Below, one piece after another: positions 9,806 to 18,090 of a DNA stretch of 64,000 nt. How positions within the stretch are numbered: the stretch's first letter is position 1; each line of letters starts with the position of its first letter. Origin of the DNA: Eubacteriales bacterium (GTDB lineage: Bacteria > Bacillota > Clostridia > Oscillospirales > CAG-272); NCBI GenBank assembly GCA_045633625.1, contig JAZQYP010000016.1:6059-70058 (forward strand), written 5' to 3'. The notes under the pieces were generated by a model. The model ran no database searches. It saw nothing but the letters and a program-made list of their open reading frames with translations, and was not told the origin of the DNA. The translations under genes and the position numbers were made by a program.

Positions 9806-10390
9806 ATGACAAGAGAGATGCTTATATACACGTTTAAGAATATACCGACGCTCACCACAGAGCGTCTTGTTTTGCGCAAATTACTTGTGTCCGATGCGTC
9901 CGATATGTTCGAATACGCATGTCGCGAGCAGACGTGCCGTTATCTATTTTGGTCGCCCCACAAAAACATAGCTCACACAAAGGAATATCTCAAATTTATA
10001 AACGGCAGATACCGCGCAGGCGATTTTTACGATTGGGCAATTACGCTTCGCGAGAATGGCAAGATGATTGGAACGTGCGGCTTTACAAACATAAACACTA
10101 CGCATCGCGTGGGTGAGATAGGCTACGTGATAAGCCCCGATTATCACAGGCAGGGTATTGCCGCCGAGGCGGCGGCAGCCGTTATAAAATTCGGCTTTGA
10201 GGAGCTTGACCTATCGCGCATCGAGGTGCGCTTTATCAAGGAGAACGAGGCATCACTCAAGGTGGCGAAAAAGCTTGGGATGACCCTTGAGGGCTATCTG
10301 CGTAACAATATCTGCGTCAAGGGCACTCAGCGCACCGTCGGTATCTCTTCGATACTTAAAAGTGAATATACAAAAAACGCTCACCCGTGA
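9806..10390 (+). CDS. GNAT family N-acetyltransferase (RimJ/RimL-like)
   Basis: Motifs include LRKLLVSDASDMFEY, GEIGYVISPDYHRQGIAAEA and RIEVRFIKENEASLKVAKKLGM. The ATG at 9806 follows GGAGG at 9795-9799. The listed ORF starts at an upstream GTG. Confidence 0.85.
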   Translation: MTREMLIYTFKNIPTLTTERLVLRKLLVSDASDMFEYACREQTCRYLFWSPHKNIAHTKEYLKFINGRYRAGDFYDWAITLRENGKMIGTCGFTNINTTHRVGEIGYVISPDYHRQGIAAEAAAAVIKFGFEELDLSRIEVRFIKENEASLKVAKKLGMTLEGYLRNNICVKGTQRTVGISSILKSEYTKNAHP

Positions 10391-10402
10391 GGTGAGCGTT
10401 TT

Positions 10403-10993
10403 TTATAGCTTTATTTTGACTTCCTTCGCGACGCCGAGGATGCGGGCGTCACCCGACTCGAAATCCTCGGGGCTGAGGCTTATAGGCGAATAATCCTCGT
10501 TCTCGGGCATAAGAAGTATGCTCCTTTTTTCTCTCCTGAATCGCTTGACCGTCGCACTCTCACCGTCGACAAGACACGCCACGATATCACCGTCCTCGGC
10601 ATACTGTTGCTTGTGAAAAAGCACGAGCGACCCATGCACCATTCCAATATTTTTCATACTGTCACCGCGTATCTCAAGGAAGAAGTACTCGTCAACGTCA
10701 GACACCTCCGCAGATTCGTGCCCGATAAGCGTCTCGTTTGTGATTATCGGACTTCCCGCGCGGATCTCGCCAATGATGGGGACGAGCTTGTGTGAGCGCG
10801 TATCCTCACCAAGAAAATATGAAATACTCACGTCGAAATATTCGGCAAGTGTGAAAAGCTTGTCGGCCTTCGGAGTTGATCTTCCCTTCTTCCAATCAGT
10901 GAAGGTCGAGGGTGCGATTTTCGTATCAGTAGCCACCTTATATACCGATTTATTTGCCATTTTAAGCAATTCCTCAAATTTTTTGTAGCTCAT
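10403..10993 (-). CDS. CI/LexA-type repressor: XRE-family HTH fused to an S24 autopeptidase domain
   Basis: The HTH region reads SVYKVATDTKIAPSTFTDWKKGRSTPKADKLFTLAEYFDVSISYF. All autocleavage determinants are visible: an Ala-Gly site (EIRAGSPI), the Ser nucleophile in RGDSM and the Lys in ATVKRF. The ATG at 10993 is preceded by GGAGG. Confidence 0.85.
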   Translation of the reverse strand: MSYKKFEELLKMANKSVYKVATDTKIAPSTFTDWKKGRSTPKADKLFTLAEYFDVSISYFLGEDTRSHKLVPIIGEIRAGSPIITNETLIGHESAEVSDVDEYFFLEIRGDSMKNIGMVHGSLVLFHKQQYAEDGDIVACLVDGESATVKRFRREKRSILLMPENEDYSPISLSPEDFESGDARILGVAKEVKIKL

Positions 10994-11023
10994 ACGCCCT
11001 CCAATTATCATTTATCACAATAT

Positions 11024-11075
11024 TTTCGGTTTTCCGCAAATATCTCTTGACAACCTTTCGGTTTTCCGTTATAAT
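11024..11075 (+). promoter_or_regulatory. Consensus sigma-A promoter with two copies of a candidate operator
   Basis: TTGACA (11047-11052), an exact 17-nt spacer and TATAAT (11070-11075) are present. The 13-mer TTTCGGTTTTCCG occurs at 11024-11036 and again at 11056-11068, inside the spacer. The two copies are 32 bp apart. Confidence 0.6.
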
Positions 11076-11157
11076 TAACTTACAGGTACATTATAAACGA
11101 TGCGAAAGCATTTGTCAAGAAAAAACTTAAAAAAAGATAAGAGGTGATAAACGAGAA

Positions 11158-11376
11158 ATGTGTTCTATTTGCAGAAGATATCTATGTCCGCCCACCTGCC
11201 CATCATACGTAGGACGCTCGGCAGAGCGCGGTCGCAGGCGATGTCGGTGCGAAGGATGCGGCAGATGGCTATACGATGATGACGACTACGTCATAGATTG
11301 CGGAAAACCGTATTGTCTTCCCTGCCTTAATATATATCCCCAAGAGAAAACCAACACCGCGGGAGGTGAAGAATGA
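11158..11376 (+). CDS. Small Cys-rich (zinc-ribbon-like) protein, 72 aa
   Basis: It has 10 Cys, including CxxC pairs (MCSICRR..., CEGCGRW, CLPCL). The stop overlaps the next start (ATGA at 11373-11376). It is the first gene downstream of the consensus promoter. Confidence 0.55.
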   Translation: MCSICRRYLCPPTCPSYVGRSAERGRRRCRCEGCGRWLYDDDDYVIDCGKPYCLPCLNIYPQEKTNTAGGEE

Positions 11377-11747
11377 TGTCGACCGCAGAAGAAATAAAGA
11401 TAACCGAGAATTTCTTAAAGAGCTATAAGCTCAATCAAAAGCTATTGCGTCTTGACAGATACGAGCGCGAATATTTCGGCGCTGACGATCGCGACACCGA
11501 AGGGCTCTCCGAGACCAAGCTCGCGCGACCGAGAATGTATGACGTGCGTCATTTCATTATGTCCTTGCCAAATTCGGACGAAAAGTTGATTCTTTACTAT
11601 CATTTCGTTCGCGGACAGAGCATTGAGGCGTGCGCCGAGCTGCTTGGCATCTCGCGAAGCTCTGCCTTCAGAAAGAAAAAGATAGCCTTAACTCTTGCCG
11701 CCGAAAAATACGTCAGCGAGCGCACGTCAAAGACAAGTTTACAGTAA
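11373..11747 (+). CDS. Sigma-70 region-4-like HTH protein (phage late-activator / ArpU-RinA-like)
   Basis: The C-terminal segment EKLILYYHFVRGQSIEACAELLGISRSSAFRKKKIALTLAAEKY looks like a sigma region 4 HTH. At 124 aa it is too short for a full sigma factor. Confidence 0.6.
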   Translation: MMSTAEEIKITENFLKSYKLNQKLLRLDRYEREYFGADDRDTEGLSETKLARPRMYDVRHFIMSLPNSDEKLILYYHFVRGQSIEACAELLGISRSSAFRKKKIALTLAAEKYVSERTSKTSLQ

Positions 11748-11831
11748 ATACACAGAATGTTAACAAGTTATTTGACACGGTGGTGTAAAATCTACTCATT
11801 GACATATTTCGACGATTTTCGGGAGGTAGAT

Positions 11832-12587
11832 ATGGGCAGATACAGCGGCATACTTTTATGCTCTGACTTTGACGGCACGCTATCGCACAGCGGCACTATA
11901 TCAAAAGAAAATATCGACGCCATTCGTACATTCATCAAGGAGGGTGGGCTTTTTACCGTTGCAAGCGGCAGATACTACGACTTTCTTATCCCCTTTCTCA
12001 AGGATCTCGGAATAAACGCTCCCCTTATTACACTGAACGGTGCCGTTCTTTATGATATGCGCGAGGCCCGTATCATTCGCGAGAGCTTCACCAAGGGCTT
12101 AACACCCGAATACATACTAAAAATCTTCGACGAGGTCGAGGGAATTGAGAGGATCATCTTCTATATGAAGGAGGAAATGCCCTCTCTCACCCCCGCCGAG
12201 AAAGAAAGGGTTCGAGAGCTTGACCTTGCGGGTGTATACAAGATAATGGTGCGAATTATAAACGACAAAGCGGTAAGCCAAAGGGCTATCGAAAAGATAA
12301 GAAGCTTCACACCCGACTCACTTGAGGTGGCAAGAAGCTGGTATTGGGGCATTGAGGTGCAGAGTATTGAATGCACGAAGGCCCCCGCCACCCGCGAGCT
12401 TGCAAATATGCTCGGTGCACAGACGCTCGTTTGTGTGGGCGACTTTGAAAACGACATCAGTATGGTAAGAGAAGCCGATATCGGCTATGCCGTCGGTGGC
12501 TCTGTCGAGGGTCTTCTTGCCGTCGCCGACCGCGTCACCGTCCCCGTTGAGGAGCACGCGATTGCAAGAATAATTGAAGAACTGTAA
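11832..12587 (+). CDS. Cof-type HAD-IIB family hydrolase (phosphatase)
   Basis: HAD motif I is LLCSDFDGTL, and GDFENDISM lies near the C-terminus. The ATG at 11832 follows GGGAGG. I saw no terminator between 11747 and this gene. Confidence 0.85.
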   Translation: MGRYSGILLCSDFDGTLSHSGTISKENIDAIRTFIKEGGLFTVASGRYYDFLIPFLKDLGINAPLITLNGAVLYDMREARIIRESFTKGLTPEYILKIFDEVEGIERIIFYMKEEMPSLTPAEKERVRELDLAGVYKIMVRIINDKAVSQRAIEKIRSFTPDSLEVARSWYWGIEVQSIECTKAPATRELANMLGAQTLVCVGDFENDISMVREADIGYAVGGSVEGLLAVADRVTVPVEEHAIARIIEEL

Positions 12588-12601
12588 AACATGGCAAAAT
12601 A

Positions 12602-12637
12602 AAGAAGGCTCCCGACAAAAGTCGGGAGCCTTCTTTA
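12602..12637. terminator. Bidirectional rho-independent terminator between convergent genes
   Basis: The perfect 16-bp stem aaagaaggctcccgac / gtcgggagccttcttt has a 4-nt loop. It is flanked by A-runs and T-runs on both sides. Confidence 0.75.
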
Positions 12638-12659
12638 TTTTGTATTTTATTGCGATGTA

Positions 12660-15116
12660 TTATTTTACGAGAACTTCCTCAACGGAGGCGTAGATCTCCT
12701 TTGCCGCGTAGTACATTCCGACGTCTGTAAGGTGACAGTAGTCAATGATACAGATGTCACGGAGTGTGCGAAGATCCTCGGGGAATACGTCACGGCAGTC
12801 GATGAGGTAAACGTTCGTGTCTCCCTCGGCTATCGCGCGGTCGTAGGTTTCCTTCATGATCTGGTAGCACTCCTCGCGGTATCCCGATCTTACGTCGTGC
12901 GCATATACCGCAGACATAAGGAAAATGGGAAGGTCGGGATTTGCGTCTCTTACCGTCTTGTAAACGGGGTAACAACGCTCTCTCATTTCGGCAGCACCGC
13001 TGTTTCCGTCGTAGTTCATGACGAATGCAGAAATATCGTTTGCGTAGCTTGCTATGTAATCAGCCATTATCTGCTCACCACGTCCCGAGCCCGAGAATCC
13101 AAGGTGAATAAGGTCTGCGTCAAGAAGTCTTGCGGTGTGGTTTGCAAATGCAAGCGTACTTCTCGAAGCGCACGCGCCCTGAGTTATGGACGTTCCGTAG
13201 AACAGCACGGGAGCCTGGGTTCTCTCTGTGGGAGCCGCAATCTTTGCCTCGGGCTTAAGACCGATAAAGAGGCTCTCTATTCCAGAGTAGTTGGGAAGGG
13301 TTATCATTACTTCCTTATAGCCTGCGGGAAGCTTTACGACCTCTGTAAAGTTGTTTCCTACAATGGTCTGACCACGATCCTCACAGTAAACTCTGTCGTT
13401 ACCGCTACCAACGTAGACCTCAAGACCACTTGCGCCCATCAAGCTGCTGTTTCCTGCACCGGTCATGTACTCAAGTCTACCCATCAAGAGTATCTCGTCG
13501 GCATCGGTGCAGAAGCGGATAGTACCGCCCGTTGTATGGTTGAGAAGCTTTGTATACGAAGCCGTCTCAAGAAGGTTTGCGAGGAACTCGTCCTTTCTAT
13601 CATAGGGAACTCTATAGAACTCGCCCTGGTTGTCATCAGGATGGATAAGTCCGCCAAGCTCAAACTGCGGAGTGGAAAGAGTGAGGCACTGGAAGCCGTC
13701 CTTTCCTCTTGAAACGTAGCTTTCATCAAGAGAGGAAACGCTTACGTACTCTGCGCTCTCTACCTCACTGTTCTTGTTGAAGAGAGTATATCCAAAGTCA
13801 TCCTTGTAGCCTACCTCACGCTCAACGCCCTTCTTCTCGGTATCGGGAGTGAATGCGCTGTTGAGGATATCGTAAACGCAGGTTGCAAGATAAAAATGTC
13901 CTGTGGTGTTAAGAGTTTCAAGGTTGGAGGTGTAAACGTCAAGCATATCGTCTGACGGGAAGATATCGTCTCCGTCAAGGAGCCATACCTTCGAGTCGCC
14001 TGCCGCGAGAGCCTTCTTAAAGGTCTCCTCGATAACTGCAACTCTCTCGCCCCTCTCAGCTCTGTCAGCCTCTGAGAATACGGGGTCGGTCATAATAACG
14101 ATCGGGATATCGGGATGCGCGTCTCTTACAGTCTTGTAGAAATTGTAGTGGTTAGCACTAAGATCCTCAAGAGTTGCATCGTGGTCAAACTCCATAACGA
14201 ATGCGGAGATGCTTTCAAGGGACGCGATGTATTGGGCCATAGCCGCCTCGCCGCGTACTCCGCCGATCATACCGAGATTTATACAGTCGGTATTGAGCAT
14301 TCTTGTAACGATATTTGTGTAAGCATTACCTGCGTGAGAGGTATGTATACCCTGAGTTATACCCGAGCCGTAGAATACGATGGGGGCATAGTCTCTTTCA
14401 AGAGGCGCGGCAATTGCAGCTGTCTTACTTCCAAAGCCTATAGCAAAGGTGTTAAGATTTGCAAGCTGGGGCAAATAAATAACAACTTCTTTGGTGCCGC
14501 CACCGCTAAGCGGGATCTCGGCATCAAGATTTGCCGCGGTGTACTGCTGGAGGTAGTCGCCTGCCTCTGTTCTGTCAGTACCCGAGCCTACGTAAAAGTC
14601 AAAGCCGTACGAGCCACGGGGAACGGTATTGTCATCCGAATATGCATTGGTAGTGCTTGCCTTGATCTTTATGCTGTTTGCTGTGGTGCAAAAACGAATA
14701 GTAACACCTGCGGTGTTTGCTGCGCGACTCTCATCGGACGCCTCATCTGCAAGTCTTACGATCCTTCCGCTCTCGTTAACGTATCCGCCGCCGATCTCGA
14801 AATACGGAGCAGTAACGTCAACGTATATAACGCCGCCGTTCTCTTTTATATACTGCGAGTCTACCGCAGAAAGTCTTGTAAGCTGTACGCTTTCTTTTAT
14901 TTTGTCCTTATCATTTCTTGCGACGAATGAAAACTCGTCTGTAAGAACAATTCCGCTCTTAAGCATAACGTCAATATCTCCTTGGTTTTCTGTCTCAGTT
15001 ACGTTGGTGTCTCCATCGTTTGTTTCGCCTTCCTTGTCGGTATCGGTATCACCGCAGCCAACAAGAGATATGACACAAAGGAGTGCCAATATCAAGCTTA
15101 AAATCTTTTTTTTCAT
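12660..15116 (-). CDS. Lipoprotein with two tandem GxDLY-type beta-sandwich + SGNH/GDSL hydrolase units
   Basis: The lipobox is LVGC. Each half carries a GxD/E-x-Y-VGSG motif (GFDFYVGSG, GLEVYVGSG) followed by a catalytic-Ser block (VFYGSGITQG, LFYGTSITQG) and a distal D..H block (IIDYCHLTD in the second half). Confidence 0.8.
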   Translation of the reverse strand: MKKKILSLILALLCVISLVGCGDTDTDKEGETNDGDTNVTETENQGDIDVMLKSGIVLTDEFSFVARNDKDKIKESVQLTRLSAVDSQYIKENGGVIYVDVTAPYFEIGGGYVNESGRIVRLADEASDESRAANTAGVTIRFCTTANSIKIKASTTNAYSDDNTVPRGSYGFDFYVGSGTDRTEAGDYLQQYTAANLDAEIPLSGGGTKEVVIYLPQLANLNTFAIGFGSKTAAIAAPLERDYAPIVFYGSGITQGIHTSHAGNAYTNIVTRMLNTDCINLGMIGGVRGEAAMAQYIASLESISAFVMEFDHDATLEDLSANHYNFYKTVRDAHPDIPIVIMTDPVFSEADRAERGERVAVIEETFKKALAAGDSKVWLLDGDDIFPSDDMLDVYTSNLETLNTTGHFYLATCVYDILNSAFTPDTEKKGVEREVGYKDDFGYTLFNKNSEVESAEYVSVSSLDESYVSRGKDGFQCLTLSTPQFELGGLIHPDDNQGEFYRVPYDRKDEFLANLLETASYTKLLNHTTGGTIRFCTDADEILLMGRLEYMTGAGNSSLMGASGLEVYVGSGNDRVYCEDRGQTIVGNNFTEVVKLPAGYKEVMITLPNYSGIESLFIGLKPEAKIAAPTERTQAPVLFYGTSITQGACASRSTLAFANHTARLLDADLIHLGFSGSGRGEQIMADYIASYANDISAFVMNYDGNSGAAEMRERCYPVYKTVRDANPDLPIFLMSAVYAHDVRSGYREECYQIMKETYDRAIAEGDTNVYLIDCRDVFPEDLRTLRDICIIDYCHLTDVGMYYAAKEIYASVEEVLVK

Positions 15117-15248
15117 TTACATTCTCCTTACTGTTGTTTGTACGGCGCAAAAACGCCTTAACGGTACAATTATTTTACCTGCAACTTCCCTGTTTGTCAA
15201 GATAATTTCACAAAAAAGCAAAAAAGTCAGGGAGCGCAGCCAGCCCTA

Positions 15249-15494
15249 TCAAAGCTGACTCTTGAGCTTTTCGATGCAGTCGGCGCAAACTCGCTTTCCG
15301 CCGAAGTAGATAATATTGTTCGCATTGCTGCAAAACGTGCAGGCGGGCTGATATTTCTGCAGGATTATCTTGTCGTTATCGGTAAAGATCTCGATAGAAT
15401 CCTTCTCATTTATTCCGAGCACGGTGCGAAGCTCCTTGGGCAGAACTATTCTTCCAAGCTCGTCAACTTTTCTTACTACGCCTGTTGATTTCAT
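15249..15494 (-). CDS. AbrB/SpoVT-family DNA-binding protein with C-terminal CxxC...CxxC extension
   Basis: The N-terminus MKSTGVVRKVDELGRIVLPKELRTVLGINEKDSIEIF is the swapped-hairpin AbrB domain. The C-terminus contains CTFCSNANNIIYFGGKRVCADC. Confidence 0.9.
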   Translation of the reverse strand: MKSTGVVRKVDELGRIVLPKELRTVLGINEKDSIEIFTDNDKIILQKYQPACTFCSNANNIIYFGGKRVCADCIEKLKSQL

Positions 15495-15838
15495 TTGTGA
15501 TACCTCCTGTTTGATTTATGTCGACATTATACTACAAAATGGAGGTTTTTGTCAATACATTTTTGGAAAAAAATGGGTTTATCCCATAAATTTACATTTT
15601 TTGTTGTCGAATTATGCAAATATATGTAGAATGCGATATAATGCTACGACAACACTCACTTTGCGAGGATCTGATTTCATTTTTTCTTGTCGAAGAGTTG
15701 CCTATGCCAAAGGGAGATCCTCCGCTAAAACGCAGGGTAGCAAAGAAGAAAGAAGAAATAAAAAATAAGACTTTCGTGATTGACGCTCATAATTGTGCCA
15801 AATAATAGAGAACGAAAAGAAATATTTGGCGGTGAAAA

Positions 15839-16129
15839 ATGATAAAAGGAATTCAAAAGCAAATGGTAATGGTGCGTCTTTATGACAGTGCGGCATTCGA
15901 AACGGCATATTTCGTGCTTCGCGACGATTTTGAGAAAGGCAGGAACACCGATATCGTCGCAGAAGCAAATGCATTGGCGCAAGGTGTCTTCCGCGACGAC
16001 AAAAGAAGGTCCCGCGCCCATAGCCCTCTTCCGCGCCCGATGCGCTCCTCCCTTCTCCTTTTTTTCTCGGGTCTGTTTGTTGGCGCGCTTGCGGCGTGCG
16101 TGCTCTGTCTTCTTATAGGGCGCATATAA
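15839..16129 (+). CDS. Hypothetical small protein with C-terminal transmembrane helix
   Basis: This 96-aa ORF has a soluble N-terminal part (MIKGIQKQMVMVRLYDSAAFETAYFVLRDD), a basic/Pro-rich linker and the hydrophobic tail LLLFFSGLFVGALAACVLCLLIG. Confidence 0.5.
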   Translation: MIKGIQKQMVMVRLYDSAAFETAYFVLRDDFEKGRNTDIVAEANALAQGVFRDDKRRSRAHSPLPRPMRSSLLLFFSGLFVGALAACVLCLLIGRI

Positions 16130-16145
16130 AGTCGAAAATGTATCC

Positions 16146-16174
16146 TTGACTTTTTCTATAATATGTAGTATAAT
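16146..16174 (+). promoter_or_regulatory. Sigma-A-type promoter upstream of rnj
   Basis: TTGACT (16146-16151), a 17-nt spacer and TATAAT (16169-16174) are present. Confidence 0.5.
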
Positions 16175-16254
16175 GCTTAAAGCATGTAAATTCGAAGCGC
16201 GGGGAGCGGGATCGCGCTTTGAGCAACCTAATATTTCAATATAAAGGAGGAACT

Positions 16255-17931
16255 ATGCCTAAAAAAGCAAAAGGCAAGCTTAAGATAATACCTCTCGGCG
16301 GTCTTAGCGAGATAGGAAAAAATATGACCGTCCTCGAGTATGAAAACGATATGCTTATAATCGACTGCGGTCTGGCGTTTCCCGACGATGAAATGCCCGG
16401 TGTCGACCTCGTAATACCCGATATATCGTATCTTGAGGCTAACGCCGACAAAATACGCGGAATAGTGCTCACTCACGGTCACGAGGACCACATCGGTGCT
16501 ATTCCCTACGTTCTGCGTCAGATAAATCCGCCGATATACGGCACGAAGCTGACGCTTGGAATTATAAAAAACAAGCTTGAGGAGCACACACTGCCAAATA
16601 AGCCAAACCTTAACGTAGTGAAGGCAGGAAGCACGGTAAAGCTCGGCGTGTTCGCGGTAGAATTTATACACGTAAATCATTCAATAGCAGACGCTTGCTG
16701 TCTGTCGGTCTCCACTCCTCTCGGAGTTGTCGTTCACTCCGGTGACTTCAAGCTCGATACAACGCCCATCGACGGAGAGATGATGAACATCACCCGTCTT
16801 GGCGAGATAGGACGCCGCGGAGTGCTCCTTCTTATGTGCGAGTCGACCAACGCCGAGCGTCAGGGACACACTCCGTCCGAAAAGAAGGTCGGCAGATCCC
16901 TTGAGACGATATTCTCTGCAAACAAGGACAAGAGGATCGTCATCGCGACCTTTTCTTCAAACGTTCACAGAGTTCAACAGGTGATAGACGTAAGTGCCAG
17001 ACACGGCAGAAAGGTCGCCATCACAGGACGCAGTATGCTCAACATCGTGGGCGCTGCCGTCGAGCTCGGATATATGAACGTACCAAAGGGAGTTCTTATC
17101 GATATAAACGAGATAAAGAGATATAAGCCGCACGAGATAACGCTTGTGACGACGGGAAGCCAGGGTGAGCCCATGTCGGCGCTCTACAGAATGGCATTCT
17201 CCGACCACTCGCAGATCACTCTCGATTCGTCGGACCTTGTGGTGCTCTCGTCGAGCCCCATTCCCGGAAACGAAAAGCTCGTCGGCAGAATTATAAACGA
17301 GCTCACCAAAAACGGCGTAAGCGTTCTTCACGATGCAGTCGTCGAGGTGCACGTATCGGGCCACGCGTGCCAGGAGGAGCTAAAGCTTTTGCAGGCTCTC
17401 ACAAAGCCAAAATATTTTATGCCCGTCCACGGCGAGTACAGGCATCTCTCAGCAAACCGCGAGTTAGCACTCGATATGGGTATGACTGCTGACAATATTT
17501 TTATCTCGGACATCGGAAAGGTGCTTGAGATAGACGAGAAGGGCGCACGCTTTGCAGGCTCCGTTCCCGCGGGCAAGGTGCTCGTTGACGGATATGGAGT
17601 TGGCGACGTTGGAAACATCGTTCTGCGTGACAGACGACATCTGTCACAGGACGGACTTATCGTTGTGGTGGCGTCGGTCGACAGCCACTCGGGTCTGCTT
17701 CTCTCGGGCCCCGATATAGTCTCCCGCGGCTTTGTTTACGTTCGTGAATCGGAGGAGCTTATGGAGGAGGTACGGCAGATCGCCGCAGATGCCATCGAGA
17801 GATCGCTTCTCAAGGGCGGAGCAGCCGACAGAATGGCTCTTAAGACCGCCGTCAAGGACGATCTTACCAAATTCGTCTACTCAAAAACCAAGAAAAAGCC
17901 GATGGTTTTGCCGATTATAATGAATCTTTGA
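16255..17931 (+). CDS. rnj: Ribonuclease J
   Basis: The metallo-beta-lactamase/beta-CASP signature is present (LKIIPLGGLSEIGKNMTVLEY, VLTHGHEDHIGAIPY). The length is about 558 aa. The ATG at 16255 follows AAGGAGG. Confidence 0.95.
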   Translation: MPKKAKGKLKIIPLGGLSEIGKNMTVLEYENDMLIIDCGLAFPDDEMPGVDLVIPDISYLEANADKIRGIVLTHGHEDHIGAIPYVLRQINPPIYGTKLTLGIIKNKLEEHTLPNKPNLNVVKAGSTVKLGVFAVEFIHVNHSIADACCLSVSTPLGVVVHSGDFKLDTTPIDGEMMNITRLGEIGRRGVLLLMCESTNAERQGHTPSEKKVGRSLETIFSANKDKRIVIATFSSNVHRVQQVIDVSARHGRKVAITGRSMLNIVGAAVELGYMNVPKGVLIDINEIKRYKPHEITLVTTGSQGEPMSALYRMAFSDHSQITLDSSDLVVLSSSPIPGNEKLVGRIINELTKNGVSVLHDAVVEVHVSGHACQEELKLLQALTKPKYFMPVHGEYRHLSANRELALDMGMTADNIFISDIGKVLEIDEKGARFAGSVPAGKVLVDGYGVGDVGNIVLRDRRHLSQDGLIVVVASVDSHSGLLLSGPDIVSRGFVYVRESEELMEEVRQIAADAIERSLLKGGAADRMALKTAVKDDLTKFVYSKTKKKPMVLPIIMNL

Positions 17932-18090
17932 TATAAAAAGTGAAATTTTTGACGTTAATTTAGAATTTGTTCATAGTTTCTTCAAAAAATAATCACCGAA
18001 AGATTGTATAATACAATAGTTAGTCTGCGGAGGTCTCTCCGCTACATAGTATAAAAATAAAATAGAAAAATAAAAAGGTGGATAATCCTC

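Noticed and set aside
10403-12587. Intact prophage or integrative element around the CI-like repressor
   Set aside because: No integrase, replication, structural or lysis genes are present. The flanks are GNAT and HAD housekeeping genes, so only the regulatory module remains. It is reported as an orphan switch instead.
15563-15587. Shared 13-mer AAAAATGGGTTTA here and at 48473-48485
   Set aside because: It is a single short AT-rich match in two promoter regions, which is compatible with chance. It is not enough to call a regulatory motif.
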